A DNA stretch of 64,000 nt from Octopus vulgaris (Eukaryota): the NCBI GenBank assembly GCA_951406725.2, contig OX597827.1:13206001-13270000 (forward strand), given 5' to 3'. The notes beneath the pieces are model-generated. The model ran no database searches and was not told where the DNA came from. It saw only the letters and a program-made list of their open reading frames with translations. Below are positions 42,214-55,215 of the stretch, in pieces (the stretch's first letter is position 1; each line of letters begins with the position of its first letter). Both the position numbers and the translations under genes were made by a program.

Positions 42214-42471
42214 TATAATTAAGGGCTCAGTAAAATAATTTACTTTGCCACATACTGAAATTTTTAGAAATAGCAGCCAAAAAGTTTCTTTAGCCATTTC
42301 TACTACTTTAAGAAGAATCTCCCTGATAGTGCTTAGTCTAATCACTTATGTTTCTGTGTCCATGGAGATTCTTCTTAAAGTAGTAGAAATGGCTAAAGAA
42401 ATTTTTGGCTGCTATTTCTAAAAATTTCAGTATGTGGCAAAGTAAATTATTTTACTGAGCCCTTAATTATA
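42214..42471. repeat. inverted repeat, about 108-bp arms, 41-nt spacer
   Basis: 42214-42322 is the reverse complement of 42364-42471 with one indel. Confidence 0.92.
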
Positions 42472-42571
42472 CAAACTAATATTTTGAATACGCCTTGAAT
42501 GGTCCTTTTACATACTAAACACTACTTGGTGAAATTAATTAATAACTAATTGATTTTACCCTTAATTATTG

Positions 42572-42605
<34 letters not shown>

Positions 42606-42835
42606 TTAGATAGGGATTAAGGATTGAGACTTGTACTGTCTGAGCACTCAGTTATAATCCAAGTCATGGTTAATTACACTGAGTTGCAAGGAGCACCTAG
42701 GATTACTTAAGGTAAGCAATCCTAATATATTTCATCTGATGGGTAAATTCTGGGGTTCGCTCTGCTGGATTATAAATATTTTACTGAGTGTATATCGAAG
42801 ATAATTACAATGAATACAGAGTTTAGTACATCTGC

Positions 42836-42871
<36 letters not shown>

Positions 42872-43039
42872 TAATAGTTATCACCAAGCTAATATGGCAG
42901 TCTATAAATATAAGACTAAAGCTGCTGCTGATTAGCTCCAAGAGGCCATCGCCTCTAGCTAGCTATATGACACATGAACCTGCGTCCATTATAACCTTCG
43001 AACAAGGAAGGTCAGCCGCTTCCCCTTGCTGGTCAGACA

Positions 43040-43082
43040 TCTGCAGACATGTTTCAGGGTAGTTGCCCTTTATCAATGCAGA
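43040..43082 (-). ncRNA. minimal hammerhead ribozyme motif, U3-A8 variant
   Basis: Reverse complement reads TCTGCA-TTGATAA-AGGG-CAACTA-CCCT-GAAAC-AT-GTC-TGCAGA; stems I and II are perfect. Confidence 0.75.
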
Positions 43083-43384
43083 GTAGTCAGACCCAGTAAC
43101 GCTGCCGTAATCTCCTTTAGAGAGACTTAGAAATTTTAATATTACTATATATATATTATCAGTAAAATATAGATCTGAAAAAGAAGCACATTCTACGTTA
43201 TAGAGCAGTATATAATATAAATAAAGTTAGATAATGCTAGTTTAAGGAATTACCCTAAAGGTCTCTCTAGCAAGGGCTTTGGCCAATAGGTTTTGGGATC
43301 TAATAACAGGCTGTAAAGCTAAGCGCTATATAGACGTGAAACCCAGGGTAATCCCTTAAATAGGCCTTATCTAACTATCTTTAT

Positions 43385-43430
<46 letters not shown>

Positions 43431-43533
43431 AAGTTAATCCAAACATGAAAACACAAAGAGAAGACACAACAACGCAAGGATGTGGAACAAGTATAGTATT
43501 ATTGGACGCTCAGGAAAGAAGGAAAGAAGGAGG

Positions 43534-43568
43534 GTTTAACGTTCCGAGTGGAGCTCTTCATCAGAAAC
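43534..43568 (-). ncRNA. decayed P1 hammerhead motif
   Basis: Reverse complement reads GTTT-CTGATGA-A-GAGCTCCACTC-GGAAC-GTT-AAAC; GAAA is mutated. Confidence 0.5.
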
Positions 43569-43662
43569 ACAGGAAAAGGAAAGATCCAAAGAAGGGAAGA
43601 TGGAGGAAAAAAATCGCCAACGGTACACGCGTGGTCACATTTTGAATGTATGTATATATATG

Positions 43663-43733
43663 TATACTTTATTTAAAGCAGCAGAAAATTCAACAAGTTT
43701 TGTTGAATTTTCTGCTGCTTTAAATAAAGTATA
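43663..43733. repeat. perfect hairpin, 34-bp arms
   Basis: TATACTTTATTTAAAGCAGCAGAAAATTCAACAA-GTT-reverse complement. Confidence 0.9.
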
Positions 43734-43801
43734 TTACTCTACCACTGGTATTTGAGTACTCTCTTTTTTTCCACCTTGTTTCACATTTATGTGTTTACTC
43801 C

Positions 43802-43829
<28 letters not shown>

Positions 43830-43838
<9 letters not shown>

Positions 43839-43990
43839 ATTTAGGAATGGTCATTTTGCCAGTTTAGCCAATAAAAACACACGCACTATATATTTGGTGT
43901 TACTTTGCTTCGGTGTTATTTATTTTTTACATTAATCTTAAGTTTTTATTGGCTAAACTGGCAAAATGACCATTCCTAAATACAACAATA
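43830..43990. repeat. inverted repeat, 49-bp arms
   Basis: 43830-43878 versus 43942-43990. Confidence 0.9.
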
Positions 43991-44067
43991 ACTGTTTCAA
44001 CACACGACTTCACATAAAAAATCTTGCACAACAAATATTTAAACGTATATATATATATATATATATA

Positions 44068-44808
44068 TAGATGAACATCAATGGAATTTGTATCCTTGTG
44101 GTACCAGTGCCGGTGGCACATAAGAAAACCATCCGAACGTGACCGTAGCCAGTACCGCAATGACTGGCCTCCGTGCTGAGGGCACGTAACAAACACCATC
44201 CGAGCGTGGCCGTCCGCCAGCCTCGTCTGGCACCTGTGTCGGTGACACATAAGAAAACACCATCCGAGCGTGGCCGTCTGCCAGCCTCGTCTGGCACCTG
44301 TGTCGGTGGCACATAAAAAACACCATCCGAGCGTGGCCGTCTGCCAGCCTCGTCTGGCACCTGTGTCGGTGGCACATAAAAAACACCATCCGAGCGTGGC
44401 CGTCTGCCAGCCTCGTCTGGCACCTGTGTCGGTGGCACATAAAAAACACCATCCGAGCGTGGCCGTCTGCCAGCCTCGTCTGGCACCTGTGTCGGTGGCA
44501 CATAAAAAACACCATCCGAGCGTGGCCGTCTGCCAGCCTCGTCTGGCACCTGTGTCGGTGGCACATAAAAAACACCATCCGAGCGTGGCCGTCTGCCAGC
44601 CTCGTCTGGCACCTGTGTCGGTGGCACATAAAATCACCCACTACACTCTCGGAGTGGTTGGCGTTAGGAAGGGCATCCAGCTGTAGAAACACTGCCACAT
44701 CTGACTGGCCTGGTGCAGCCTTCGGGCTTCCCAGACCCCAGTTGAACCGTCCAACCCATGCTAGCATGGAAAGCGGACGTTAAACGATGATGATGATGAT
44801 GATGATGA
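44068..44808 (+). mobile_element. RTE 3' UTR fragment with seven 63-bp tandem units
   Basis: Matches 13379-13868; units at 44196-44632; (GAT)n tail. Confidence 0.9.
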
Positions 44809-44869
44809 TATATATATAAATGAATTTCTTGTGTTTGACGGCATGAGCTGTCTCTTTTTATATATAACT

Positions 44870-44911
44870 TTTTTTGATAAGGTTCATTTCAGGAACTGAA
44901 ACATGTTATAA
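44870..44911 (+). ncRNA. hammerhead-like motif, U3-A8 variant, weak stem I
   Basis: TTGATAA-GGTTC-ATTTCAG-GAACT-GAAAC-AT-GTT. Confidence 0.5.
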
Positions 44912-44969
44912 TGTATATATAAAAATTAAAAATTGTATAATACAGCAGCATTTTCGAACTTCATTTTTT

Positions 44970-45018
<49 letters not shown>

Positions 45019-45846
45019 TATATGTATGTATGTATGTATGTATCTGCTTATGTGTGTGTAACTGTATGTATATAACAAGTAGAAGATGATATTCCTAGAA
45101 GATATTTCAACAGTTAAGGTAGCTAATATATAGAATGAGGTATACACAAGAAATACCAGCATTCAGTTTGAATGATAACAGCCGTGATTTGAACTTGAGA
45201 TCCAAGTAATCAATCTGTCCTTCTTACAAATCCAAGAATGTCTTTTTCAAGAAATCAATATATATTTTCTCTATTTTGTATTTATTTGACAAAGGATATG
45301 ACTTACCCAATCCCCAAAAATTTACAACAAAACACCAATTATCATTTTGTTGTTGGTGATAATGCAGTTAGCGAACCAAAGTAGCTCTGACAAACAATTT
45401 TGGAATGTCTTGCTGGTTTTGGTCCTTAAACAGTTAATAGAGAGGCTGCAACATTTCCATTAGAATACCATGGACACAGAAACATAAGTGATTAGACTAA
45501 TGTTTTATGGTGAGGGAGGTAAATTGATTTTAACAAACAGTCTAGCGTTCTGATACATCCTCCATTTTCGGGGGAGAAATAACTTATCTATCATTTGATT
45601 TCTGTGTTATTTCAATGGCTCTTGAGATTAATAGGAACTTTGCTTCCATTTCAAAGGAGGCAAGCAAACCGTGCGTGCATAAATAGGAAATTGTTGCATG
45701 TGCATAAAGTGTTTAAGTTCTCCAGAGGAAGTACGTATGCAAATACATCCTCTAACAATGTTCAAATTCAAATATACCTACACTTTCATAGAATGAGTAA
45801 TATACCTATATATATGTGTGTATATATGTCTGTGTGTATAAGTGTG

Positions 45847-45936
<90 letters not shown>

Positions 45937-45951
45937 CACATGTATGTATAA

Positions 45952-45991
<40 letters not shown>

Positions 45992-46309
45992 GTATATGAA
46001 TTTGTTTGTGTGTGTGTATTTTATATATGTATATATACACAAACAGATCTATTTGTATATACACAGAAAATTCTGTGCAAACTCCCGCACACCTATTTGC
46101 ATGCAAAGATACTTTAATGGATGGATAGATTACATAAAACATAGATACACGCAGATACGCACGCACACAGACATGTATAATCATCCAACTTCACTCATTA
46201 GTTCTCTCTATCTCTCTCTCTATCTCTCTATCTCTCTTTCTCTCTTTCTCTCATCCCCTGCCTTCCCACCCCGTCTCATTCTGAACATGCGTGCGTATAA
46301 GGAGAAGGA

Positions 46310-46345
<36 letters not shown>

Positions 46346-46461
46346 AGGAGAGAAAGAAAGTGTGAAACATATATACCCACATACACATATGCAAATCTCT
46401 GTATCCGTTGCATGAACGTGTGCACTTACATGCATATACACGCACATGCTTGTATTTGTGC

Positions 46462-46507
<46 letters not shown>

Positions 46508-46728
46508 GTGTGTGTGCATATGTGCATGTATGCGTGCATGTGTGTACATTCACATGACTGATATGTACATGTGCATATTGGTGCATGTGTATGCATGTGC
46601 ACACATGTATATTTACCCACACAAACACATGCACCCATATTCATGTGCACAGATTTCTCATAGCCCGTGATGCACAAAGAATGCGCACGCAAACAATAAG
46701 TAATGTGATAAGGGCTAATTACAAAAAT

Positions 46729-46766
<38 letters not shown>

Positions 46767-46799
46767 GTATATGCACACATACACACACACATGCACCAA

Positions 46800-46846
<47 letters not shown>

Positions 46847-48186
46847 TAGATATAGATATAGATGTATGTATATGTATATATGTTTATATACTTATACATA
46901 TGAATGCGTGTATAAGTGTATGCATGCATATCTGTATGTGTCTATATCTATATCTATATCTATACGAGTTTGCGTGCAAGTATGTATGAATGATTGCATT
47001 GCTGCATGTATGTATATGTGCAAGAATGTATATGTGTGTTTACTGAGAGAAAAGGTAAGAGAGAATGACATTTCATTTGCCAAACTTTGAAATCAGTGAC
47101 GTTTACAATGGAAAATTAAATTTCAGTAAATTAACATGACATTATATATACATATATATATATATTCAAAGTCTTTTTCCTCACACACATCAAACGTTTC
47201 GACAAAACATAGATATACTCTTCATTACATGTGCGTGAACAAAGGCTTAATATATGTATATTAGCACACACATCTATCATGCTTCTCTCTCACCCTATCT
47301 TCCTTTCTCTCTCTCTTACTCTCTCTCTCCCTTTCTCCCTTTATTTCTCTCTTACACTCTCTCTCATTTTCTCTCTTGGTCTTAGAATATATTTTAAATA
47401 TTTTACATAAATATATATACATAAATATATATATATAGGCATATATTTATGTAACCATGTATGCATGTATGTATATATGTCTGTATGTATATAGATATGT
47501 ATAGATTTTTACCCTTTTATCTTTCTCACATTCATTTTGTAATATGAGGGCACACTTTCACCCTCTCTCTCTTTTTCTTCTCTCTCTCTCTCTCCTCACT
47601 CTCTCACTCTCTCTCCAACTAGAGAAGCTGTGTATTCACCTCTTCAGCAAAGCCCCTTTTCCTGTACGCCTATCATGCTTTTTCACATCCTTCAATATTA
47701 TACCCCACTCTATAGAGGGGTCTTCTCTTGGGTGTACTGAGCAAACTTGCTAGTAATTGTGCAACTAAAATAAACTCACAGTGCACTTTGTCAAATGACT
47801 GTCGGTGCTAGGAAGAATGTCAAATTGTGGTAACCATGTCAAAGACCAAATATTGGAATTCATCAGTTCCTGTCAAATCATTTGACATGTAGAAGCATGA
47901 AAAAGGGGATGTTAAATAGTGATGATGCACGCACACATACACACATATATATATTTAAGAATCCCTCATAGCATGTAGCATTTATGTGTAGTAATGCCCT
48001 TAATATAATATAATATAATATAATATATATATTTTTATTTATACATTCACACATGCACATATATATATATGTATATATATATAATTAGGATAAATCAATA
48101 AGAAATCAATAAGAAATATATATACACTTGAAAATATTATTTATATTATATAGAGGATTATTAATATACATACACACATACACATT

Positions 48187-48243
<57 letters not shown>

Positions 48244-48413
48244 AATATATATACATATATGTATATATAGATATATATGTGTTTGTGTGTATAGATATAT
48301 AATATATAGATATATCTACATATACACACACAAAATTATTTATAGTTTCTTGAAGGTGAAGAGTTATGCAAATCATTACTTCAAGTTTCATGTAACCTAC
48401 CTTCAAAGAAAAT

Positions 48414-48451
48414 CTGTCTGAAGATCAGCAACATGAAACTCTGAGTAATGG
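48414..48451 (+). ncRNA. hammerhead-like motif with weak stem II
   Basis: CTGT-CTGAAGA-TCAGCAACAT-GAAAC-TCTGA-GTA-ATGG. Confidence 0.45.
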
Positions 48452-48934
48452 TTTAAGACAATTTCCAGCTTCAGTCACACCCAGTATTTCTTTTTTGTCA
48501 TTCAAGTGCTATTTTCTCAACAATTTTTTACACATGCACACAGAAACAGATACATGTACACAAAAGCAGACACATGCACACACACACACACACACAATTT
48601 ATATATATATCTCAAATTTTATTCAATTTGCTTTTCGCGGGAAGGAAAGTTTCTATCGAAGATGCGTATCGACTTCACCTTCGAAATGCAGAGAAAATGA
48701 AACCATGGCGACTGAAGAAGGGGAATTTTCCTTGTGTTATTTGTCCTGTACTCTATTTTTTTGTTGTTTAAGAAAAATGTCCAGTTCCTTGGTTTTGTGT
48801 TTATGTTTTCGTTTCTCATTGTGTTCGACGTTTTTTTGGTGTCCTGTACCCATATATGCATGTATATATACATGTAGAGGTAGGTACGTACATATATGTA
48901 TGTATATATGCATATGTTTTATTTATTAATTTAT

Positions 48935-49014
<80 letters not shown>

Positions 49015-49407
49015 GATTGCATGCTTTACTTAAAATCACTATAATTGTTTTGATGTATTCTCACACCTATAGTTCATAGGAGAGATGTTGCCATCATTAT
49101 CTTACTTTCCATGTTTAGAATGTACTTCTTCATGTGATTGCTTAAGCTGGTTTTAATTCTGTCTGCAAACTGCTGGAATGACACATCACTCTAGGTGTGT
49201 ATTGTCAAAATCAGTAGAAGAATATCTAATAAGGAATTTATTTAAGTAATCACCTGAGTAGGAGCATTCTCCATCTGAGATGTAAGATAATGACTGTGAA
49301 ACAGCTTGTCTATGAACAACAGGTGCAAGAATGTGTCGAAACAATTGTAGTGATCTTAAATAGAGAATGTCATTAATTCCATTTTCTGTTATTTGTCTAT
49401 GTATGTA

Positions 49408-49444
<37 letters not shown>

Positions 49445-49959
49445 AAATATATATATAGAGAGTGAGAAAGAGAAAGAGAGAGACAGTGAGTGAGTGTGAG
49501 AGAGAGAGAGAGAGAGAGAGCGGCCACTTCCTGAAGTGGCCATAGGCCAACAGGTTCAGGGTCGTAAGAAACACTGTAAAGCTAAGTGTTTTATAGATGT
49601 GAAACCTAGGGTACACACACACACACACAAGCATATATATATAGGTGTGTGTATGTGTGTGTGTGTGTGTAGTCATCGTTGACTTAAACATCTGAGTTCA
49701 GGTGTTAATCATCACTGCATCTTTCATGACACAGTCCTTTGTGATTTCCTCAATGAGGATCAGGACCATCAGATCAGCTTTCACTGCTTTTGGCAAAGGT
49801 CTTTTGCCCTTTTCTGTTGTAGGTTCTTTCTACTTAGCTTGGAGCCTTCCTTTTCCATGCTCAACACATATCAGCTCACTTCTCTCTCTTACACACTACA
49901 CCTGACTTCTCTTATACCATGTTTTTCTTCCATATCATTTTTGCTCCAAGGTTCTTCTA

Positions 49960-50295
49960 TACCTATGGTTCTTGACCAGGATCCATATGATCCCAAGGGT
50001 TCCATATCAAACTTTTGGAGGGTCACACAAGCAAAATAGTAAATTGGGTCCCCAGTATTATTTTAAGGGTTTCTGAAAACATTTTGCTATAAATTTATTT
50101 ATAACAAGACACAGCTAGGCTTCTTTCTCTAATGTTTTACATAATTCAACCTACACAAATTAACGTGTGAAAAACAAAATAAGAATTTCGATAGCAGTAT
50201 CTATAAAATTAGCTTTTAAATTTCAAATGGCTCTGGAAGTCCACCAGAATAAAATAGTAACCAAAGGGGTGCATAGATGAAAAAAATGGTTGTAT
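49960..50295. mobile_element. decayed hAT-like MITE
   Basis: Ends TGGTTCTTGACC... and ...ATGGTTG resemble TGGTTCTCAACC/GGTTGAGAACCA-type TIRs. Confidence 0.4.
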
Positions 50296-50404
50296 ATTAA
50301 ACATTACACATCAAACGAAGTCAGCTTGTATCACATATTTTCAGCCTCTCCGCATGTTCTACATTCGAAGTCCATATTTCATAACCATATCACAATGCAC
50401 TACA

Positions 50405-50750
50405 TACTTGTACTTGTGGCGACATTCACTCTGGGCGGGTTGAGTTGGCTTCTTCTACTGATGGAAGAAGTTTCATGGGAATATGTGGATTTCACAAGTG
50501 GTCCCCAACAATCCTTCATGTGGAGACATCCTGTTTGCCGCAGATTGTCCGCAGATGCAGGGACAGAACGACTGAGGAGATGCCGATTGCCGAAGCAGAC
50601 ACTCCGAGAATTTTCACCAGAGCCCTGTCTGCCGGGTTGTGGCCCTAACATCACTCGATGTCAGACCAATCCGCCTTCGGTGTTCCCGACTGCATAGCTC
50701 TGACACTACCCATTGCCAGCGTCCCCACCACGGTGTGGAGGGGATGGACA
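50405..50750 (-). mobile_element. second copy of the 40335-40736 retroelement
   Basis: Reverse-complement similarity over about 340 bp, including the tail. Confidence 0.75.
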
Positions 50751-51380
50751 TACACAAGCATCATACAATCAACCATTGACTTTAAGCATGAACATTTTTT
50801 TTTTTGTTATCACCAACTATAATTGCCTAAACATTTCTTATTTCGATTCCTACTTTTGCTACTATGCTTTTGAAACATTTTCTTCCTCTTAGATAACACA
50901 AGCTACCAACTGCCTCGAGAGAACTTGCCATACATTTGAAAGAATTCATTTTGCAGGTGCTCTAACTGTTAACACCTACATATTACCTACAAATGAACTC
51001 AATTTTTTTGTCATCCTGTTTATGATTCCTTAGTTTATAAGTGATGCATTGCACGGAATTTCTATCTACTTACATGCAACACATTGAGCATGGCCAATTC
51101 TCAAACAGATGTGAAATCCCGTCTTCCAATAAAACTTTGGTCATTGCTAGGCTTCCTTTAAAACCTCTTGATTCTGGCTATTTCATCTTTGGAATTCTTC
51201 CCTAAACATTTAACAGATTCACTTATAAGAAGCAGATTATCATCATAATAAAAACTCTTACTCCTATTCAGATATCACACTTGACTTCCCTGTAACCTTT
51301 CATGCCCAAGCATCATCGACATTCAAATCAAACATATTGCATTAAACTTGCACTACTTCTATGAACAAAGACCTTCAAAA

Positions 51381-51950
51381 TATTGGGTTGTCCGGAAAGT
51401 TTGTGCTGATTTTTAAAGGAAAGAAAAAGGTCAATAAATACTTGCCATTACATTTTTAATCAACCAAATATGAACCATTTTGTTGCACAATGCATATCCA
51501 TCTTTCCTTTAACTTGAAAATACCCTCTTCCCAGAATTGAGGTGGTTTCATGGCAAAGAATTCATCAAGGTATCTTTTTATGTCATCCAAAGAATTGAAA
51601 TTTTTACCATTAAGACTATTCTGCAGAGACCTGAATAAGTGGAAATCCGAAGGAGCAATATCTTGTGAATATGGAGGGTGGGGTAACACATCTCAGCAGA
51701 GCTGCAGCAATTTTTGTCTGGTTCCCAAAGCATCAAGTGCCGAAAATGAACTTTCTTATCTTTCATTTTAAAGGGTTACAGAATTAACACAGGTTATAGG
51801 AACATAAACCTTCTTCCACGAAAAGATAGCTTAAACTGTGCTCTAAATGAAGGTGTAGTCAAATCCTATTTTATGGACTCAACCATGTTCTGAAATAAGT
51901 CGAAAAGTAAGCTGCTATAAATTGGCACGAAATTTCTGGACAACCCAATA
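51381..51950 (-). mobile_element. internally deleted mariner transposon
   Basis: TA-TTGGGTTGTCC...GGACAACCCAA-TA TIRs; N-terminus MKDKKVHFRHLMLWE joined to LPHPPYSQDIAPSDFHLF (YSPDLAP motif). Confidence 0.92.
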
Positions 51951-52394
51951 TATTCCAATGTGTACACAGTAAACTCCTCTGCTGAACAGCTTACCGAGAT
52001 GAAAACACACCAACACTGGTTGTCATGTAGTGGTGGGGGGATAAACACCCCCACACACACATACACACATAAATATATGATAAGCTTCTTTCAGTTTCCC
52101 TCAACAAAATCCATTCAGAAGGCTTCGGTTAGCCTGAGGCTATAGGAGAAGACATTTTCCCAAAATACCAACCCAGAACCATGTGGATGGAAAACAAACT
52201 TCTTACCACACAGCCATGCCAGTGCTTATAACCATGCAAAAATTTTCTGAGATTCCAGACAATTCCAGGGCTTGGATATGATGTATTCCCTGCACCACCA
52301 CCATACCTCTTACATGCTTTGTATGTTCATGTGTATGCATTGGCAGACAGAAAGAGATGGAGCCAAAAAGGCCATGTACATATTTTGTCCTTCT

Positions 52395-52625
52395 TTTTAT
52401 CTTTCATTTGGTTCAGTCACTTGACTGTGGCCATGCTGGAGCACCACACTGAAGGTTTCAGTTGAACAAATCGACCCAAGGACATATATTTCTTTAAGCT
52501 TAGTACTTATTCTATCAGTCTCTTTTGCCAAACTGCTAAGATACAGGGACATAAACACACCAACACCAGTTGTCAGTTGTCAAGTAATGGTAGCAGGGAC
52601 AAACACAGACACAAAAACACACACA
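52395..52625 (-). mobile_element. SINE family A, 3' half
   Basis: Reverse match. Confidence 0.75.
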
Positions 52626-52821
52626 CATATAATTTTGTTTCATGACGCATAAATTAAAATGGTTATTGACAATTTTTGTCTTTTTTTCGGCATATTTGGC
52701 ATTAGAAATTTTCGTTTGCCTTTATTTTGTAAATTATTGATAAATTTTACCTTTAAAGGTAGTTTTTGATATGCTGGCCATTGATAAAAAATTTTTTCCC
52801 CAAAAAATTTTATCCTGCATT

Positions 52822-53132
52822 AGCCTTGTGAGTGGATTTGGTAGATGGAAACTGAAAGAAGCCCATCATATATATGTGTATATACATATATGTGTGTGTG
52901 TGTGTGTGTGTTTGCATATGTTTGTGTGTCTGTGTTTGTCCCCCCAATATCGTTTGATAACCAATGCTCATGTGTTTACGTCCCCATAACTTAGCAGTTC
53001 GGCAAAAGAGACCGATAGAATAAGTTCTAGGCTTACAAAGAATAAGTTCTGGGGTCGATTTGCTCAACTAAAGGCGGTGCTCCAGCATGGCCACAGTCAA
53101 ATGAGTGAAACAAGCAAAAGAGAGTAAAAGAG
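52822..53132 (+). mobile_element. 5'-truncated SINE family A
   Basis: Match to 645-949. Confidence 0.85.
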
Positions 53133-54155
53133 ATATGTTTATACAATGGGCTTCTTTCAGTTTCCAATTGCCAAATCCACTCATAAAGCTTTGGTCAGCC
53201 CAGGGCTATAGCAGAAGACACCTTAGTCATATCTAAATAATATAAGGCACTTTTTCTTACACTCTAACAGTTCTAACTTTGCTTTAATAATTACTTTTCA
53301 TTTGGTTACTAGGCCAACTATTTGAAGGGGAAGAGACTAGACAATACCAGCGACTTCAGTACTTGCCTGGTATTCCACTTTAACAAGCCTGGAAGAATGA
53401 AATCCGAAGTTGACATTGGAATTTGAACTCAGAATGTAAAGAGACTGAATAAATACCGGAAAGCATTTTTTTCCAATACTCTCAATAATTCTGCCATGGT
53501 AATAATAATGATTCTAATAACGATGAGGATGAAAATGTGGTCAGAGAGAGTAAGAAACATAAAAAGGATAGGGGGAGGAGCATAGATTGTAGCGGTGTTG
53601 GCAGTGGTGGGCTCTGATGTGGATTATTAATAATAATGAGTGTGAGGCTGATAAGAAGAATATTTACAATGACTATATCAGCAAGGAAAGCAATAATGAC
53701 AACAATGAAGGAAATGACAGATGGTGTTGGTAGTTGATGTGTGGAGTGGTTGGTTAGGTCATCATTGGTATCATGGTGCTGGTGATGGTCATAAACATTT
53801 CACTGTGGTGATGATGGTGGCACAGATAGCAATAGGTGGAGGGGGGGCAAAGGCAGGGGTCTGCTGCTTTGTCATCTCATCATCCCTGCGGTGTGGAGTT
53901 GGAATGGTAGTAATCCATGGTCATTCTAGTGGCGAAAGAGGAAGCAGAAGGGAGAGGAGGGAAGATTGTACCAATGAACAACTTCAGTCCTTTTCAGCGT
54001 GTTCTACTAGTAACTTGGTCAATCAAACCTTTCGATTCTTGTTTCTACAGGAAGGGATGTGAGGTTAAGAAGCTTGCTTTGTAACTGTGATGTAGCAGGT
54101 TCTGTCCCAATGCTGGGCATTTCGGGCAAATGGTTTCTGAAACGAGTCTACTGTG

Positions 54156-54256
<101 letters not shown>

Positions 54257-54271
54257 GTGCGCGCATATGAA

Positions 54272-54317
<46 letters not shown>

Positions 54318-54990
54318 CGCATATGAATGTGTGTTGGTGTGTTTACATTCTCATAACTTAGCGGTTCAGCAAAGACCACTGATAGAATAAGTTACCCCAC
54401 ATGAAAATATGTACTGGGGTCAATTTGTTCAACCAAGCCATTCATGGTAGTGTCCTTCAAGGCATAGGCACACAGGGCAGTCACCAGGGATGCCATAGGT
54501 GTTGGGTCCAAAATGTAATCAAAGTGTGCTGTGGTGGTGTGCATAGGGGCTCCAGTGTCTTACTTTGCCCAAGACCCTACAATACCTATAGACTATAGTG
54601 TTAAGATGGTCCTACCTAGAGGTATTCCAGACATGACCATCACATCGTTTTAAGGGCATCAAGGATGACATCAGTAACTTGAATCCTTTCCGAGTTTTAA
54701 ACGGTAGTGTGGTTTCATGAAGTTATTATTATATTTCAGGATCGTCGTTTTTCCATTTTTAATGCCAAATAAACACACACGCTATATATTCATTCTTCAC
54801 TTCAGATGTATTTTATTATTGTTCTATCAGTGGTTTTTGCTGAGCCGCCACACCAACACTTTGATGTGTAATGTTTAATATACAACCATTTTTTCATCTA
54901 TGCACCCCTTTGGTTACTATTTTATTCTGGTGGACTCCCAGAGCCATTTGAAGTGGTAGTAGGAGAAAAAACAGAAACAACACACACATT

Positions 54991-55125
<135 letters not shown>

Positions 55126-55215
55126 GACTCCTTTCAGAAACCATTTTATTATTGTTCTTATTTTTATGTCCTTTGTCTGGAAATCTGTCCTCATTCATCC
55201 TGTGACCTCTTCAGG

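Noticed and set aside
44196-44632. CRISPR-like appearance of regular repeats (also 25128-27350)
   Set aside because: No unique spacers or cas genes; plain tandem repeats in eukaryotic DNA.
43927-44767. 200-236 aa ORFs with a 21-aa repeat in several frames
   Set aside because: Product of the stop-free 63-bp tandem unit in an RTE UTR.
45080-45790. Possible ancient LINE coding remnant (also 29130-29620, 41800-42110, 50750-51360, 59000-59650)
   Set aside because: Only faint motif hints; needs tBLASTx or HMM support.
47190-47232. Minus-strand ATGAAGA...GAAACGTT motif
   Set aside because: The 3-8 pair is broken and the stems are weak.
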